Notes: generated from the letters alone by a model not told the origin. A stretch of DNA of 64,000 nt from a virus (IMGVR_UViG_3300029171_000002:1-64000), one strand, 5' to 3'; positions 36,091 through 46,081 are shown, counted from the first letter of the stretch. Program-made: numbers and translations.

Positions 36091-36761
36091 GCATCACCGC
36101 CTCGAATCGCACGGCGTCCACTTGGGATAGACTTCTTGGCCGCAGCTTCGGCCGCTGGTTGGTTCGCTTGGCTATAGAGTCCTCGACCTACCCATGGTTG
36201 AGAGATAGTAAACCACTCTCCGGGAGCAAGGTTTCTGATTTGCCTAATTTCTTCCTCCCGTTGTGCTCGATGCTCCTCTGGAGTTACGCTGAAACCTACA
36301 GGCTGAGCAATCGACTCCGTGGTTGTGACTTCAACGGTTAGGGGTGTCGGAGCAATTATCCTCAGTGATTCCTCTTCAGTCGCAGGCCTCCAAGTTTGCG
36401 TTTGGTGATTCCAGAACCATAATCTTTCACCGCGAGCGGCCTGAGATTCAACGGGGCTGTTTAGATTGAATCGATAGCGTTCGTTACCAGCGTAATCGGA
36501 ATGGCCATAAGGGGAGTTCGATCCGGGCAATCCAGCCATCGGCATCTCTTGTGGTGGCTGATCCCTGAAGGCCTGAATTTGGTACTTGCTTATGAGATAG
36601 GCTGAAGAGCAATTCATGGAAAAGATTATCCCGCTGGTGACAATCTTGAGCCATAACGGGAGATTCATGCTGATCGCTTTATTGATTCCAATCGCAGCAA
36701 AAACGCCACACGCCATCAGGAGAGCTACTGTAATAATCAGGTTCTTGGTCGCTGCGGTCAT
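36087..36761 (-). CDS. Two-TM membrane protein ending in IPSGRRAIRGGDA
   Basis: Start MTAATK at 36761 by ATGA overlap; two hydrophobic helices. Confidence 0.6.
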   Translation of the reverse strand: MTAATKNLIITVALLMACGVFAAIGINKAISMNLPLWLKIVTSGIIFSMNCSSAYLISKYQIQAFRDQPPQEMPMAGLPGSNSPYGHSDYAGNERYRFNLNSPVESQAARGERLWFWNHQTQTWRPATEEESLRIIAPTPLTVEVTTTESIAQPVGFSVTPEEHRAQREEEIRQIRNLAPGEWFTISQPWVGRGLYSQANQPAAEAAAKKSIPSGRRAIRGGDA

Positions 36762-37417
36762 GGCATCTTCTCGTTCGGCGCAAACTTTCCAGTTTTCTTG
36801 CGGTAGGCGACCATTTGTCGCATCTTGGTTTGATTGTGCCTTCCCCACCAGTATTGTCCGGGAACGCCGTGGTGCGCAAGTCTAATTGGCAGGTACACCC
36901 GATTCCATTGCGACCAACGGGCTTGAAACTCACCGTCCACGCCCCCGGCATGACTCCATTGCTCCGACAACAAGGGCTTGCTGGCAACCGCAGGATCTTG
37001 ACTGTGAAACAGATGAAAATATCCCGGCATCTCGGAATGCTGGGGCCTGACAACCTTGCCGTCGAGGGTTCTGAACGCACCATAGAGACATCCCGAGACA
37101 GGCCCGATTGTCATTACCGTCTCTCGCCAGTTCGGTGGCGGCTCAACGTCAGCATCAAAGAACAGGCACCATTCGGTCTCGTGCCACTGCTCGACACCTT
37201 CATTCATGGCCGCACCTTTGTTGAAACTGGCACCGTTGTGATAGAAGCTGGAGGTTACAAGGAAGGGGATGCGGTGTTTGCGGCAGAGTTGGCGGGTAGC
37301 TTTGTCTTCGAGGTCAGTAACGACTATGAGTTCGTCAAGGGTGTCTTTCCAGATGGAAAGGGAATGGCTGAGTTCTGAGGCGAAGTTGACGCAGGTGGTG
37401 AGACCACTGATTTTCAT
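36758..37417 (-). CDS. GT-A glycosyltransferase (GT2-like)
   Basis: FNKGAAMNEG, WCLFFDADV, GYFHLFH, GVDGEF. Confidence 0.75.
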   Translation of the reverse strand: MKISGLTTCVNFASELSHSLSIWKDTLDELIVVTDLEDKATRQLCRKHRIPFLVTSSFYHNGASFNKGAAMNEGVEQWHETEWCLFFDADVEPPPNWRETVMTIGPVSGCLYGAFRTLDGKVVRPQHSEMPGYFHLFHSQDPAVASKPLLSEQWSHAGGVDGEFQARWSQWNRVYLPIRLAHHGVPGQYWWGRHNQTKMRQMVAYRKKTGKFAPNEKMP

Positions 37418-37425
37418 ACATCTGT

Positions 37426-38178
37426 TTAGAATTTTCTCTCACGTTCCATGCGCTTCAAACATTCTCTGGGAGTTTCATTCGGACGCAATGTGTATCCACA
37501 TCCAAGAGTTCCCCCTTTCCACGAGCCAGTACGCTCACCGACTTCATCATTGAATGTCACTTCAATTGCATAAGTGGTAATCCCCCAAGGCAATCGTCTC
37601 AAACGACGAAGTTTTCTTGTGCGGCGTTCAACAAAGATACTCGCTGTTCGCTCTTGAAACTGACCAGAATTTAGCAGATAGCGATACGGGTATACTTCAA
37701 TATGGCGACCATCAGGCTCTTTCAGGATTGGCGTACTACCGTCCCTGGCTCTCGCGAGGGCCATATCATTCTCCCACGTCCCAACATACTTGGACCAGGA
37801 TCCATCGGCCCTTCGTACCTCATGGTTCGTCTGCATCCAATCATGCCAAGGTAGAGTCCAAAGCTTTGTGCGCTTTCCCCAATGCAGATGCCAGCAACCT
37901 TCTCGGAGAGAAGCTCCCCATGATTCCATCATGTCTTCTGGATCGTGGCGATACTTATTCAAGAATGGTAGATCGATGAAACACTGGATCCAAAGCAGAT
38001 TAATCTGGAAAGAGAAGCCCTCTTCAAATAAGCAGATCTCAAGTGCGCAGCCACGAACACCAAGAGACAAAGACCCCCACTTCATTCTAAATGACCCGCG
38101 ATCACTTTTATCTCTCCCGCCAAGCAAGCGCACCATCAAGGGAAGTCTGTCTGGAATTACCACGTCAGAGCCAATCAT
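37426..38178 (-). CDS. Trp-rich hypothetical protein
   Basis: 250 aa, AGGGGAG RBS. Confidence 0.6.
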   Translation of the reverse strand: MIGSDVVIPDRLPLMVRLLGGRDKSDRGSFRMKWGSLSLGVRGCALEICLFEEGFSFQINLLWIQCFIDLPFLNKYRHDPEDMMESWGASLREGCWHLHWGKRTKLWTLPWHDWMQTNHEVRRADGSWSKYVGTWENDMALARARDGSTPILKEPDGRHIEVYPYRYLLNSGQFQERTASIFVERRTRKLRRLRRLPWGITTYAIEVTFNDEVGERTGSWKGGTLGCGYTLRPNETPRECLKRMERERKF

Positions 38179-38190
38179 TGAATTCTCCCC

Positions 38191-39102
38191 TCATACATTG
38201 ATTTCCTTAGACCATCGGCGCATGTAATCCGTCGCTCTCTCAGTGCGGGTTTGATGCAAAGACTCAATCAGCGTAGCTTTCCGGTAAGGCTTGATCTGCA
38301 CTAATTGCTCGTGCGTCTTGCTGTACGTGTCCGTATCGTCCAAGTCCATGCTGCCCTTCAGATTCAACGGCACTCCACAACTCGGACACCAACGTTCGAT
38401 CTGGTTCTCAAATCTCTCTATGCCAGACTTCCACCACTGCGGGTATACCGGGATGCCATTGTCTTCATCATAGAGGATATCAAAAGCAGCCGCAACCTCG
38501 CAGAAGTATCCCTTAGCAACGCCGTTACGCTCGATGATCCCTCCGCTCCAGTCGTTGTTGATCGGACAATTCTTGATGATCGCCCACATGGTTTCACGGT
38601 CGGGGATGTACTCGGAGCCAACGAAGTCTTCGATGGCAGTGAGAATCGGTGAGTGCCAGCTCTGGGTCGTGCCAGATTCTTTGATCGCCTTGCCTGGCAC
38701 CCAGCGTTCAAAGTCGGCAAAGGCTGCGGCATTGCCATGAGCGTTTAGGTTGAAAGTTCCATGAGGGTAAAACGTATCACGCACAACGCTACCATGCTTC
38801 AGCAGGTTGTTTGACCACAAGCCGCGGTGACGTTGATCTGGTATGACTTCGCAGAGGATGGCACAGAGTTCTGGGAACTGTTTGTGAGTGGTTGGGTTAC
38901 CACCGAATACACCCACAATTCCAGGCCAGTCTCTCAGCGACTCGCAGGCTTCACGAAAGCTCGACAGCGAGATGTTGTACTTGTTCCCGCTGTGTGCCAC
39001 GCTCTGAGTGCAATTGCTGCACCGGAGATCGCAGCGCGAGGTCACGATGATCTGGATGTTCTGGTTTCCGCCATTGCGGAGTTTGTCGATGGGAGCCAGC
39101 AT
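38191..39102 (-). CDS. Radical SAM enzyme
   Basis: CDLRCSNC (CxxxCxxC), FGGNP, later Cys cluster (CPI...YFCE...CPSC). Confidence 0.85.
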   Translation of the reverse strand: MLAPIDKLRNGGNQNIQIIVTSRCDLRCSNCTQSVAHSGNKYNISLSSFREACESLRDWPGIVGVFGGNPTTHKQFPELCAILCEVIPDQRHRGLWSNNLLKHGSVVRDTFYPHGTFNLNAHGNAAAFADFERWVPGKAIKESGTTQSWHSPILTAIEDFVGSEYIPDRETMWAIIKNCPINNDWSGGIIERNGVAKGYFCEVAAAFDILYDEDNGIPVYPQWWKSGIERFENQIERWCPSCGVPLNLKGSMDLDDTDTYSKTHEQLVQIKPYRKATLIESLHQTRTERATDYMRRWSKEINV

Positions 39103-39386
39103 TAGAAGGCCTGAGTTGCGGAACAGTTAAGGCAAAAAGTTTCATCCTTCGTTATTCCGAAGGCGATGCCCCCACAATTACAAGTCCACATCAAGCCTCG
39201 TGTTGGACTGCAATGGTAAATGTAGTGGCCCTTCATTGAATGGCACTCACCGCACTCGAACCAGAAGGTTCCCACAGGAGCCACGGCTACCCACTCATGA
39301 CCGCAAGTCATACAGCGAGCCTTCCCCGCATTGTGAGGAGTATCGTTGTTCTCTGGGAAGGCGAGTACCTTTGCGGGTTCATTCAT
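39102..39386 (-). CDS. Small zinc-binding protein
   Basis: Four CxxC/CxC pairs. Confidence 0.6.
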   Translation of the reverse strand: MNEPAKVLAFPENNDTPHNAGKARCMTCGHEWVAVAPVGTFWFECGECHSMKGHYIYHCSPTRGLMWTCNCGGIAFGITKDETFCLNCSATQAF

Positions 39387-41407
39387 TATGGTTCAGGTGT
39401 TATCAAATTCTGAGGATTCACGCTTCCCTTACCGCCAGGGAATGGCTTGCCAGTCCCACCAGGGTTGCCTGCCTGCTGATCGATGGGTGACGGCGGTGTG
39501 TTTGGCTGAGGCGGTGTCATGGCAGCCGCGACATTGATATCGCCCGTAGCAAATAGAGAAGCTAAGGCCGGCACGGCTTGGATCAGAGTCGTGATCACAG
39601 CTTCCCTGAGCGATTGTTCTTTCTCGATCTGAAGCTGCTTCTCTACCTTCTCGATCATCGCTCCCATATCCAGACCATCGTACAAGGTCTTGCGGCTCAT
39701 GTCGCCTTGACGTCGCAATGCCATGTACAGCATTGCCCGTTGATCACGGCTGCTATTCAGCAAAGTGTCTGGGCTGATCTGGAATTTGAACTGTTGGATG
39801 AACTCTTGCGGCTTCATCCCTGAAGGAATCATTGTGTCGGGATTGTAATCAAAGTCCTGTTCAACCGTGCCATCTTCCACGCCAAACATCATGATCCGGC
39901 GCTCAATCGAGTAAAACTGAATGAAGTTCGACACCATCTGCTCGCCAAGCTCTGAGACAGCGTGCTCCATGTAGCGGCCCCGGAGTCGCATGATCGTCTG
40001 CTGCGGTTCTTTCAGCTCAGCTAACGTGTCTCCGGCCGGGGTAATCTTCTTACGCCCAAGATCGGCTACACCCAACAGTCCAGAGTCGTCCTGAATCTGT
40101 TGCTGGGCGTATTCTGCCAACTGTGGGACATAAGAAGGGAGGCTTGGCGGTTGAGACCACGTAGGCACTTGGTTCGACATTCCACCATAACCCAGCTTCA
40201 GGCCCGGCTGGCCCATGTCCGCATTCTTCATAAAGTTTGAGCTGAACTGCTCGCTCTGGTAAAGCAACGTCGGGTTGATCGCCTTCTTCACCATATCCAG
40301 GATCCCGGCCATCACTTCGTTCACAACCTTCTGGAGCGGGACTTTAGACCGAAGCTCACTTACCCCGTGGTACTGCCATGGCACTTGCTTCACTCTCAGA
40401 TCGATGAATGGATATCGGCCGTGCCAGAGATAGTTTGGCCCATCGTCCAAGACGGCAAAGTTCTCACCACCGGTCACGATCAGGCGCCCACGCGGATACA
40501 AAGGTTGGCCTGGATGCACCCAATAGCTCCAATTCGTCTTTTCCTTTCCAACGAATACCGGCTGGTCTGAGACATTAACAGAATCGTCCTGCACCCAGAA
40601 CTGAGTGAAGCGAGCAATCGGAATAGCACTTTGCCGATTCTCAACCTGATTGGTCCCGCCCATGAACCTTCGCATTGCTGGACCAGCGGCATGAAAGGCT
40701 CCCGTAGTCATGTAATTTGGCGTGCCCACCGGAACAGCGTAACTGCTCATCTTCAGGTTCGGCACAACCTTGTAGTACTTTTCTTTGAAGTTGCGCTTGA
40801 ACCACCCCATCGGTTTGTAACAGGTATAGGTCAGGCCTTCCCAATCCTGCAGGCGATGCGTGGCAGGCCCGATCGGCAGCACAGAGTTAATGCCTTCGGC
40901 TGCGCACTGGAAATCACCTTTCCCCCCAAACAGGCGAGGGTTCCAGAAGTAGCGAATAAACCCTGTAGACAGATAGGCATGGGTCAAGGCCATGGCGAAA
41001 TCAAGATCCACGTCTTGATTCACCCACCAGGCTTTTGACATCTTCGTCAGCTTCTCGGCTTGCTGTTTTAGTGTCTGGTTCTGGGTGCCAACCGTGTAGG
41101 CCAAGCGGATATCAGTAAGGACAGCAATCGTCTGCTCCATGCTGCGCAATAGCAGGTTGTTTACCGGAGCCGACTTGTACTTCGGTCTCCCGGTATCCCA
41201 CTGCTTGCCCATCAGTTGATCAATGTATTTCGGGATCTGGTTTGCTTCAGGGCTGGACTTCTGCCAGAGGTCTTGCTCCTCTGCAACTGCATAACACCAA
41301 TCGGTAATTCTCTTTTCGATTGCGGCCGCATCCAGGTTGGGGGTATGGGCCAGCAGGTCATAGGGGTGAGAGGAAGTACTCGTTACTGCTCTGATCTGTG
41401 CATTCAT
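39386..41407 (-). CDS. Portal protein (P22-like)
   Basis: 673 aa; YPRGRLI, PWQYHGVSE, QKVVNEV...MV...INP, Pro-rich tail; between terL and scaffold. Confidence 0.8.
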   Translation of the reverse strand: MNAQIRAVTSTSSHPYDLLAHTPNLDAAAIEKRITDWCYAVAEEQDLWQKSSPEANQIPKYIDQLMGKQWDTGRPKYKSAPVNNLLLRSMEQTIAVLTDIRLAYTVGTQNQTLKQQAEKLTKMSKAWWVNQDVDLDFAMALTHAYLSTGFIRYFWNPRLFGGKGDFQCAAEGINSVLPIGPATHRLQDWEGLTYTCYKPMGWFKRNFKEKYYKVVPNLKMSSYAVPVGTPNYMTTGAFHAAGPAMRRFMGGTNQVENRQSAIPIARFTQFWVQDDSVNVSDQPVFVGKEKTNWSYWVHPGQPLYPRGRLIVTGGENFAVLDDGPNYLWHGRYPFIDLRVKQVPWQYHGVSELRSKVPLQKVVNEVMAGILDMVKKAINPTLLYQSEQFSSNFMKNADMGQPGLKLGYGGMSNQVPTWSQPPSLPSYVPQLAEYAQQQIQDDSGLLGVADLGRKKITPAGDTLAELKEPQQTIMRLRGRYMEHAVSELGEQMVSNFIQFYSIERRIMMFGVEDGTVEQDFDYNPDTMIPSGMKPQEFIQQFKFQISPDTLLNSSRDQRAMLYMALRRQGDMSRKTLYDGLDMGAMIEKVEKQLQIEKEQSLREAVITTLIQAVPALASLFATGDINVAAAMTPPQPNTPPSPIDQQAGNPGGTGKPFPGGKGSVNPQNLITPEP

Positions 41408-41739
41408 CGGATCTCGCCTCTTTGGAATCGGCTTCGCTTATAAGTCGTTAGTACTATCGGCTTTCGCTTCTTCTTCGGTCGTCGCCGATGCACTTTGCCG
41501 TGGCAAGGTTTGCACAGAACCTGCAGGTCTTCGAGTGCTTCGTTAAACAGTCTGACGTAAGTCAGGTGATGACATTCAAGCCGCGTTCGTCTCGGGCATT
41601 TCTGACATTTCCCTCCAACCGATTCAATCTTGACACGCCGCTTCGCATGCCATTGCGGTGACTTCAGATAGGCTTGGTACGCGCTGCGTTTAGCGGCTAT
41701 AAATGACGCCCTGCTTCTCCCGCGGGACCATCTTGCCAT
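41404..41739 (-). CDS. Small HNH endonuclease, possibly packaging-associated
   Basis: YLKSPQW...CQKC...HHLTY...LQVLCKPCH. Confidence 0.8.
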   Translation of the reverse strand: MARWSRGRSRASFIAAKRSAYQAYLKSPQWHAKRRVKIESVGGKCQKCPRRTRLECHHLTYVRLFNEALEDLQVLCKPCHGKVHRRRPKKKRKPIVLTTYKRSRFQRGEIR

Positions 41740-42025
41740 CTCTCATTACCCTGTCAGGTTCTGGGGTGTGAACGAGGCCAAACTCATTGCACAGATGGCT
41801 CAGCTGCTTCTGCGAGTGGATCCTGATGTTTTTACCACCGGGCAGAATGTTGTTGGTTTCGAAGGGCTCGAATTGCTTGACGGATTGGCGCATCGAGTTC
41901 CAGTAGATTTCCATGATCTGGCCACAGTGAATCGGAGCCGCCGGTTCGGGGCCATCGCTGGAGCTGTAAAATACCTCATGTTCCACGTGGTTGCACTTCT
42001 CGCAAATGAAGTCGAGATTAGGCAT
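41690..42025 (-). CDS. FmdB-like zinc-ribbon protein
   Basis: MPNLDFICEKCNH...HCG. Confidence 0.65.
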   Translation of the reverse strand: MPNLDFICEKCNHVEHEVFYSSSDGPEPAAPIHCGQIMEIYWNSMRQSVKQFEPFETNNILPGGKNIRIHSQKQLSHLCNEFGLVHTPEPDRVMRDGKMVPREKQGVIYSR

Positions 42026-42470
42026 AGTTTCTCTGTGGAGGTGTTGGCCAAGACACCCACTGAACTGACTTGAATGGAACCTTTGTAATCACGCTGTGGC
42101 CGCCGTGCTCATCCTGAAAGTCAGGGACAAAAGCAATTGAATCGAAGGATTTCTCCTGTTCGACTTTGCGCATCATTTCCTTGGCTCGCAATTCTGTCAT
42201 CTTGCGCTTGGTTTCCAGCTTCCACTTCGCATCGCCTGAGTCTGCCAAGGCGTTCATGTAAAAGAATTGCTGTTGTTCTCCAGAAGCGGTCTGAAACTTT
42301 CCCATCCAGAGGATCTGACCAGCCAGAGCTGTCGAGTCCATTGGCTGCTTCCAGCCCGTGAAATACAGGTCAATTGGACATTTGTACTCTGTTTCGCCAG
42401 CCAAGAACTTAGGAACGAGTAATGCCGGAACTGCCATTGCCAAGCTTCGGTTGAATTGTCGTCTGTTCAC
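42018..42470 (-). CDS. Hypothetical protein with twin-arginine-like N-terminus
   Basis: MNRRQFNRSLAMAVPALLVP. Confidence 0.55.
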   Translation of the reverse strand: MNRRQFNRSLAMAVPALLVPKFLAGETEYKCPIDLYFTGWKQPMDSTALAGQILWMGKFQTASGEQQQFFYMNALADSGDAKWKLETKRKMTELRAKEMMRKVEQEKSFDSIAFVPDFQDEHGGHSVITKVPFKSVQWVSWPTPPQRNYA

Positions 42471-42730
42471 GCTGACCTCACAAACCAGTCAGCTTCTTCT
42501 GGAGATTTCCAGCAGATGTTGATTGTGCCGTTTTGGTACTCGTCCCATAATCGTTGCCAAATAGCTCTGGCCTCGTCCAAGAGCTCCTGCGTGGGAGCAA
42601 ATATTTTCATCCATTGAGCTTGACTGTTTTCTAGAAAAGCGACAACGCATTTCTCCATGGACTCATAATCGCAACGGCAACAATCCATGCCGTCTCGGCT
42701 TCCCGGACCAAGCCACAACCGATCGCTCAT
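42467..42730 (-). CDS. Hypothetical protein
   Basis: Overlap-coupled to both neighbours. Confidence 0.55.
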   Translation of the reverse strand: MSDRLWLGPGSRDGMDCCRCDYESMEKCVVAFLENSQAQWMKIFAPTQELLDEARAIWQRLWDEYQNGTINICWKSPEEADWFVRSA

Positions 42731-43332
42731 ACTGTCCTCGGTGCCACAAACATGCTCATGACGTACTGCTCCAAAACCCCTTGCAGATACTCCTGCACGC
42801 TCTTCTGCTCGTGCTCAGCTTCGGCCTGAACGCCACCGACAAAGAATTCAGGGATGGTAAAGATCACCTGATCTTCTCTGAGCAATGACGGGGTTCTGCC
42901 CACGGATCCACCAGCGGCTTGCCGTCTCAGCCCATCGGCTACACTCGCATGCTGTTGCGCCAACTGCGTCAGGTCGATGATCTCACGTCGCATCGTCAGC
43001 AATGCCGACTTGATTTCGGCAGGACCAGAGACTTTGCCGATCAACTCTTCAATGGCTACGCGGTTGTCAACGTCGATGATGATGCGGTCATTGGCTGCGG
43101 GTGGGGGCGTTGTGGGTTGGTTTGGAGTACCACTGGAGCGGTACAGGTCTGGCCAGCGCTGTCTTGCCGCCGTCACGGCTCCCTGAAGCAGTTCAGAATC
43201 GTTCCAGGAATGGTTCTGATTGCAATAGTACATGAAATTGCCAGAACGGTTTCGGATGAAATTCCGCTGGCCAGCAGCAGCACAACTCGGGCACTGCGTG
43301 GTTGAAATGGTCTCGCCCTGAATTCCTTCCAT
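42727..43332 (-). CDS. Zinc-ribbon + coiled-coil hypothetical protein
   Basis: CPSC...CNQNH N-terminus. Confidence 0.6.
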   Translation of the reverse strand: MEGIQGETISTTQCPSCAAAGQRNFIRNRSGNFMYYCNQNHSWNDSELLQGAVTAARQRWPDLYRSSGTPNQPTTPPPAANDRIIIDVDNRVAIEELIGKVSGPAEIKSALLTMRREIIDLTQLAQQHASVADGLRRQAAGGSVGRTPSLLREDQVIFTIPEFFVGGVQAEAEHEQKSVQEYLQGVLEQYVMSMFVAPRTV

Positions 43333-43334
43333 AG

Positions 43335-43817
43335 TTACACCACCCTTTTCACAGGCTTTGTGGTCTCCACGAGGTGGATGATCGGCATCTTGAATGCCTT
43401 GCCTTTGTTCGGGCAGGCTTCTTTCAAAAGCTCCGATTGGTTGTGGGTATGGGTAAATATTCGGGTAAACGAACCCGTGATGGCGTCACCGTCCAACTTC
43501 AGTCCGCACACGGTACAGCGCACCGTTGCCAGCACTTCCACGGCAAGGCCATCGGGAGAGATCGGGGAATCCTTCACAATCGCGTCCAACCGGTCCAATC
43601 GGTTCGAGGCGTTGGCGTAGAGATTCACCATGTTACTGATCTCTTTTTCGAGGCTATTGAGTCGGTCTTCCACTGGCACGACCCGTATTTCTGGCACCGC
43701 TGTCTGTTCTGATAAATCGGTTACTTCAGGAGCAATCTGAACCTCTTCGACCATCGCCATGCGTGGGGCTTCGGCCACGGCTGCCGCAGCTTTAGAGGTA
43801 TTCGTAGTCTGGGACAT
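43335..43817 (-). CDS. Hypothetical protein
   Basis: Start MSQTTN at 43817 (AGAGG RBS); coiled coil and CxxC. Confidence 0.55.
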   Translation of the reverse strand: MSQTTNTSKAAAAVAEAPRMAMVEEVQIAPEVTDLSEQTAVPEIRVVPVEDRLNSLEKEISNMVNLYANASNRLDRLDAIVKDSPISPDGLAVEVLATVRCTVCGLKLDGDAITGSFTRIFTHTHNQSELLKEACPNKGKAFKMPIIHLVETTKPVKRVV

Positions 43818-45783
43818 TTGCTGTTTCCTCTGTGTCATAGATCGGTGAGTAATCGGTGTTGTAGAAGTCTGAGCCGTCACTGGCCTGCTTTTTCGCAATG
43901 GCAACAGTCGGTTCGGTCATTTCACTGATGAGCTTTGGGTCAATGTCCAACATGCAGGCCAACGCAATCATTGCACCAAACAAGCAGTCATCACTTTCAC
44001 CCTCCGGGGCTTCGAAATGGCCAGGCTTTTCAATACTATCTACGAAAGTGAAAAATTCGTCAATGAGACGTTTGCTTTTAACCTGCAATTGGTTCAAGTT
44101 CATCAACGACTTGGTGCGGTCCATGAGAAACTGCCGAGTCTTTTCGTTCGTCTCCCATCCATAATCGTTGGTGACCATGCTGGCCTTTTCGTGTCTGCGC
44201 CTACGGTAGATCTTCGGGTATTTGATCACATGCAGAAGATCCGAAATCACCGTCGTCAGCTTATTACGCTCTGGGCAGACCTCGCAGTTTAGGTAGAGCT
44301 CTCCAAGATTCGCAATCACCCTCGCAAACTGCGTTGGCTCCGTGAGTCCGCGATACTCAGCCACCTGGATATAATCCTCGTCTGGCTTTAACGGCACCCG
44401 CCAGATCGATGCTGCCGACCAGTTACCGCCCTGAATGCCTTGGCCTGGGTCAGCGCCAATGTAGTAAAGGTTCCCATTCTTTGGAAACTCCCAGATCCAG
44501 AGCGGGGATTCATCCATGTCAACCATCCGCTTCAGGCCGGCTTGGGTATCAATTTCTCCGGGAGTCACTATCTTTTTCTTGGTCCGGCCTATATCTCCAA
44601 ACCAGATCGGCTTTCGTACCGTGGCTTTTTCCAGGGCGTAGAGCCGCTTCTTCGGAAAGAACGTCTTGCCAGGGGCTCGGAAAGCAGCTTCTGGATAGGA
44701 AGGATACTCCTGCTCGAACAGATCGGTATCTTTCCCGGCATCCTCCATGATCATCTGGGTTTGCCGTCTGAAGTTCAGTTGCTCGTGCGTTAGATCGAAG
44801 TCGTATTCGTCTTTGACCTTGCCTTTCAGTTCAATCTCTTCTTCGGTTAAGCGGAAATTCGCCTTCGCTTCTTCGTTCTTGAACGGCCTCGAGTAGCGTT
44901 TCTCCTTCCACCAGGCGGCAAACACGGGCCGAAACATGTCGTACCTTCCGGTCTTGATGCTCTTCCAGAAGTCGGCAAAGAATGTGTTCTTGCCCTCAGC
45001 GGTGCCTTCAATCACGAACATGGACAATGGGTGATCGATGTTCGTCAATGTTGCCGGCATGATATCCAGGGTCAACACGTTTGGCTTGATGTAGCGGCTG
45101 ATCTCAGAAGCGTGAACACAATGAAACGTCATGCCGCGGCCAACACCTGAAAGCTTGTTGGCGGCATCGCAAATCAGAGTGCTTTTCAGGCCCGGATTCG
45201 TCTTTCTGAGCTCAGCGTCTTTTCGGTCAAACTTGATGTGGGTGTCTTTGACGTCATACTGCATTTCCGGCTGCATCCAGTACGGCAAGCTGTCGTAAGC
45301 CAGCTTCGACATATTGAACAGCCAGGCCGATCTTGGTTTCTCATCGGCAAGGGTCAGCGAGGTAATGAACCGGTTGAAAACGGTGTTGTGGAAGAGGATG
45401 CCCTGAACTATGGTCGACCAACCGATCTGCCGACATTTCAGCAGTATCCACCACAGCGGAAGTTTGTTGGTTCTGCAGAAGACAAAGTCTTCCCATAGCC
45501 ATTCCTGTGGTTCGTTGAATTGTAGGGTAGTTAGATTGGGGGCTGCGTCAAAACTCTCTGTCTTGGCGGCAGCGTTAATGACGTGGTAGTTCTCAAGGTA
45601 ATAACGAACACTCTTGTGATCGTTACCTTGACAGCGACGGATCTCTTCTTCGATGACTGCGTAATCGGCGGGAGAAAGTGCGGCAAAGACTTTGGCGGGA
45701 TCGTTATTCGCTTCCTCCAAGCGACGATCCATCGCCTCCACCAGTTCCGCAACATGGGGGGACTTCCTGGAGATCTGATCCAT
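43792..45783 (-). CDS. terL: Terminase large subunit
   Basis: LKCRQIGWST (Walker A), HASE (Walker B), EGTAEG coupling motif, IGADPGQG and SDDCL nuclease acids. Confidence 0.9.
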   Translation of the reverse strand: MDQISRKSPHVAELVEAMDRRLEEANNDPAKVFAALSPADYAVIEEEIRRCQGNDHKSVRYYLENYHVINAAAKTESFDAAPNLTTLQFNEPQEWLWEDFVFCRTNKLPLWWILLKCRQIGWSTIVQGILFHNTVFNRFITSLTLADEKPRSAWLFNMSKLAYDSLPYWMQPEMQYDVKDTHIKFDRKDAELRKTNPGLKSTLICDAANKLSGVGRGMTFHCVHASEISRYIKPNVLTLDIMPATLTNIDHPLSMFVIEGTAEGKNTFFADFWKSIKTGRYDMFRPVFAAWWKEKRYSRPFKNEEAKANFRLTEEEIELKGKVKDEYDFDLTHEQLNFRRQTQMIMEDAGKDTDLFEQEYPSYPEAAFRAPGKTFFPKKRLYALEKATVRKPIWFGDIGRTKKKIVTPGEIDTQAGLKRMVDMDESPLWIWEFPKNGNLYYIGADPGQGIQGGNWSAASIWRVPLKPDEDYIQVAEYRGLTEPTQFARVIANLGELYLNCEVCPERNKLTTVISDLLHVIKYPKIYRRRRHEKASMVTNDYGWETNEKTRQFLMDRTKSLMNLNQLQVKSKRLIDEFFTFVDSIEKPGHFEAPEGESDDCLFGAMIALACMLDIDPKLISEMTEPTVAIAKKQASDGSDFYNTDYSPIYDTEETANVPDYEYL

Positions 45784-46081
45784 TGCGTCTGACTAGCCGA
45801 TTGAACTCACGGAGACACCGTTTCCGTCTCTCTAAGTTAGACCTTATAGCACAACGGTCTGAACTTGTCAGGTTCAAGTGATACATCATGGCTTCCATTT
45901 GCTCGGGATTGTACGTGATAATTTCACGCCAAGATTCTATATCTTCTGCGGTTTTACAACACCGGAAGATGTGGGCGGCTTCGACCTTGGGGTTCCAGTC
46001 ATGGTTGAATACTCCGCCCACAAAGCTTCCAACAGTGAACTTGCGCTTGTGAGGATTGGAGAATTTCAAGGAGGTCTCCAA
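45704..46081 (-). CDS. Hypothetical protein overlapping the terL start
   Basis: GGAG RBS; 80-nt overlap. Confidence 0.45.
   Translation of the reverse strand: METSLKFSNPHKRKFTVGSFVGGVFNHDWNPKVEAAHIFRCCKTAEDIESWREIITYNPEQMEAMMYHLNLTSSDRCAIRSNLERRKRCLREFNRLVRRNGSDLQEVPPCCGTGGGDGSSLGGSE

Noticed and set aside
34032-36100. C-terminal RGG codons as merely the RBS of the next gene
   Set aside because: Could apply to 36087 only; no start follows closely at 34032 or 35686, and it cannot explain seven N-terminal copies
43792-45783. Intein or intron in terL or portal
   Set aside because: No Cys/Ser...His-Asn splice motifs or LAGLIDADG block, and motifs are normally spaced in a continuous frame
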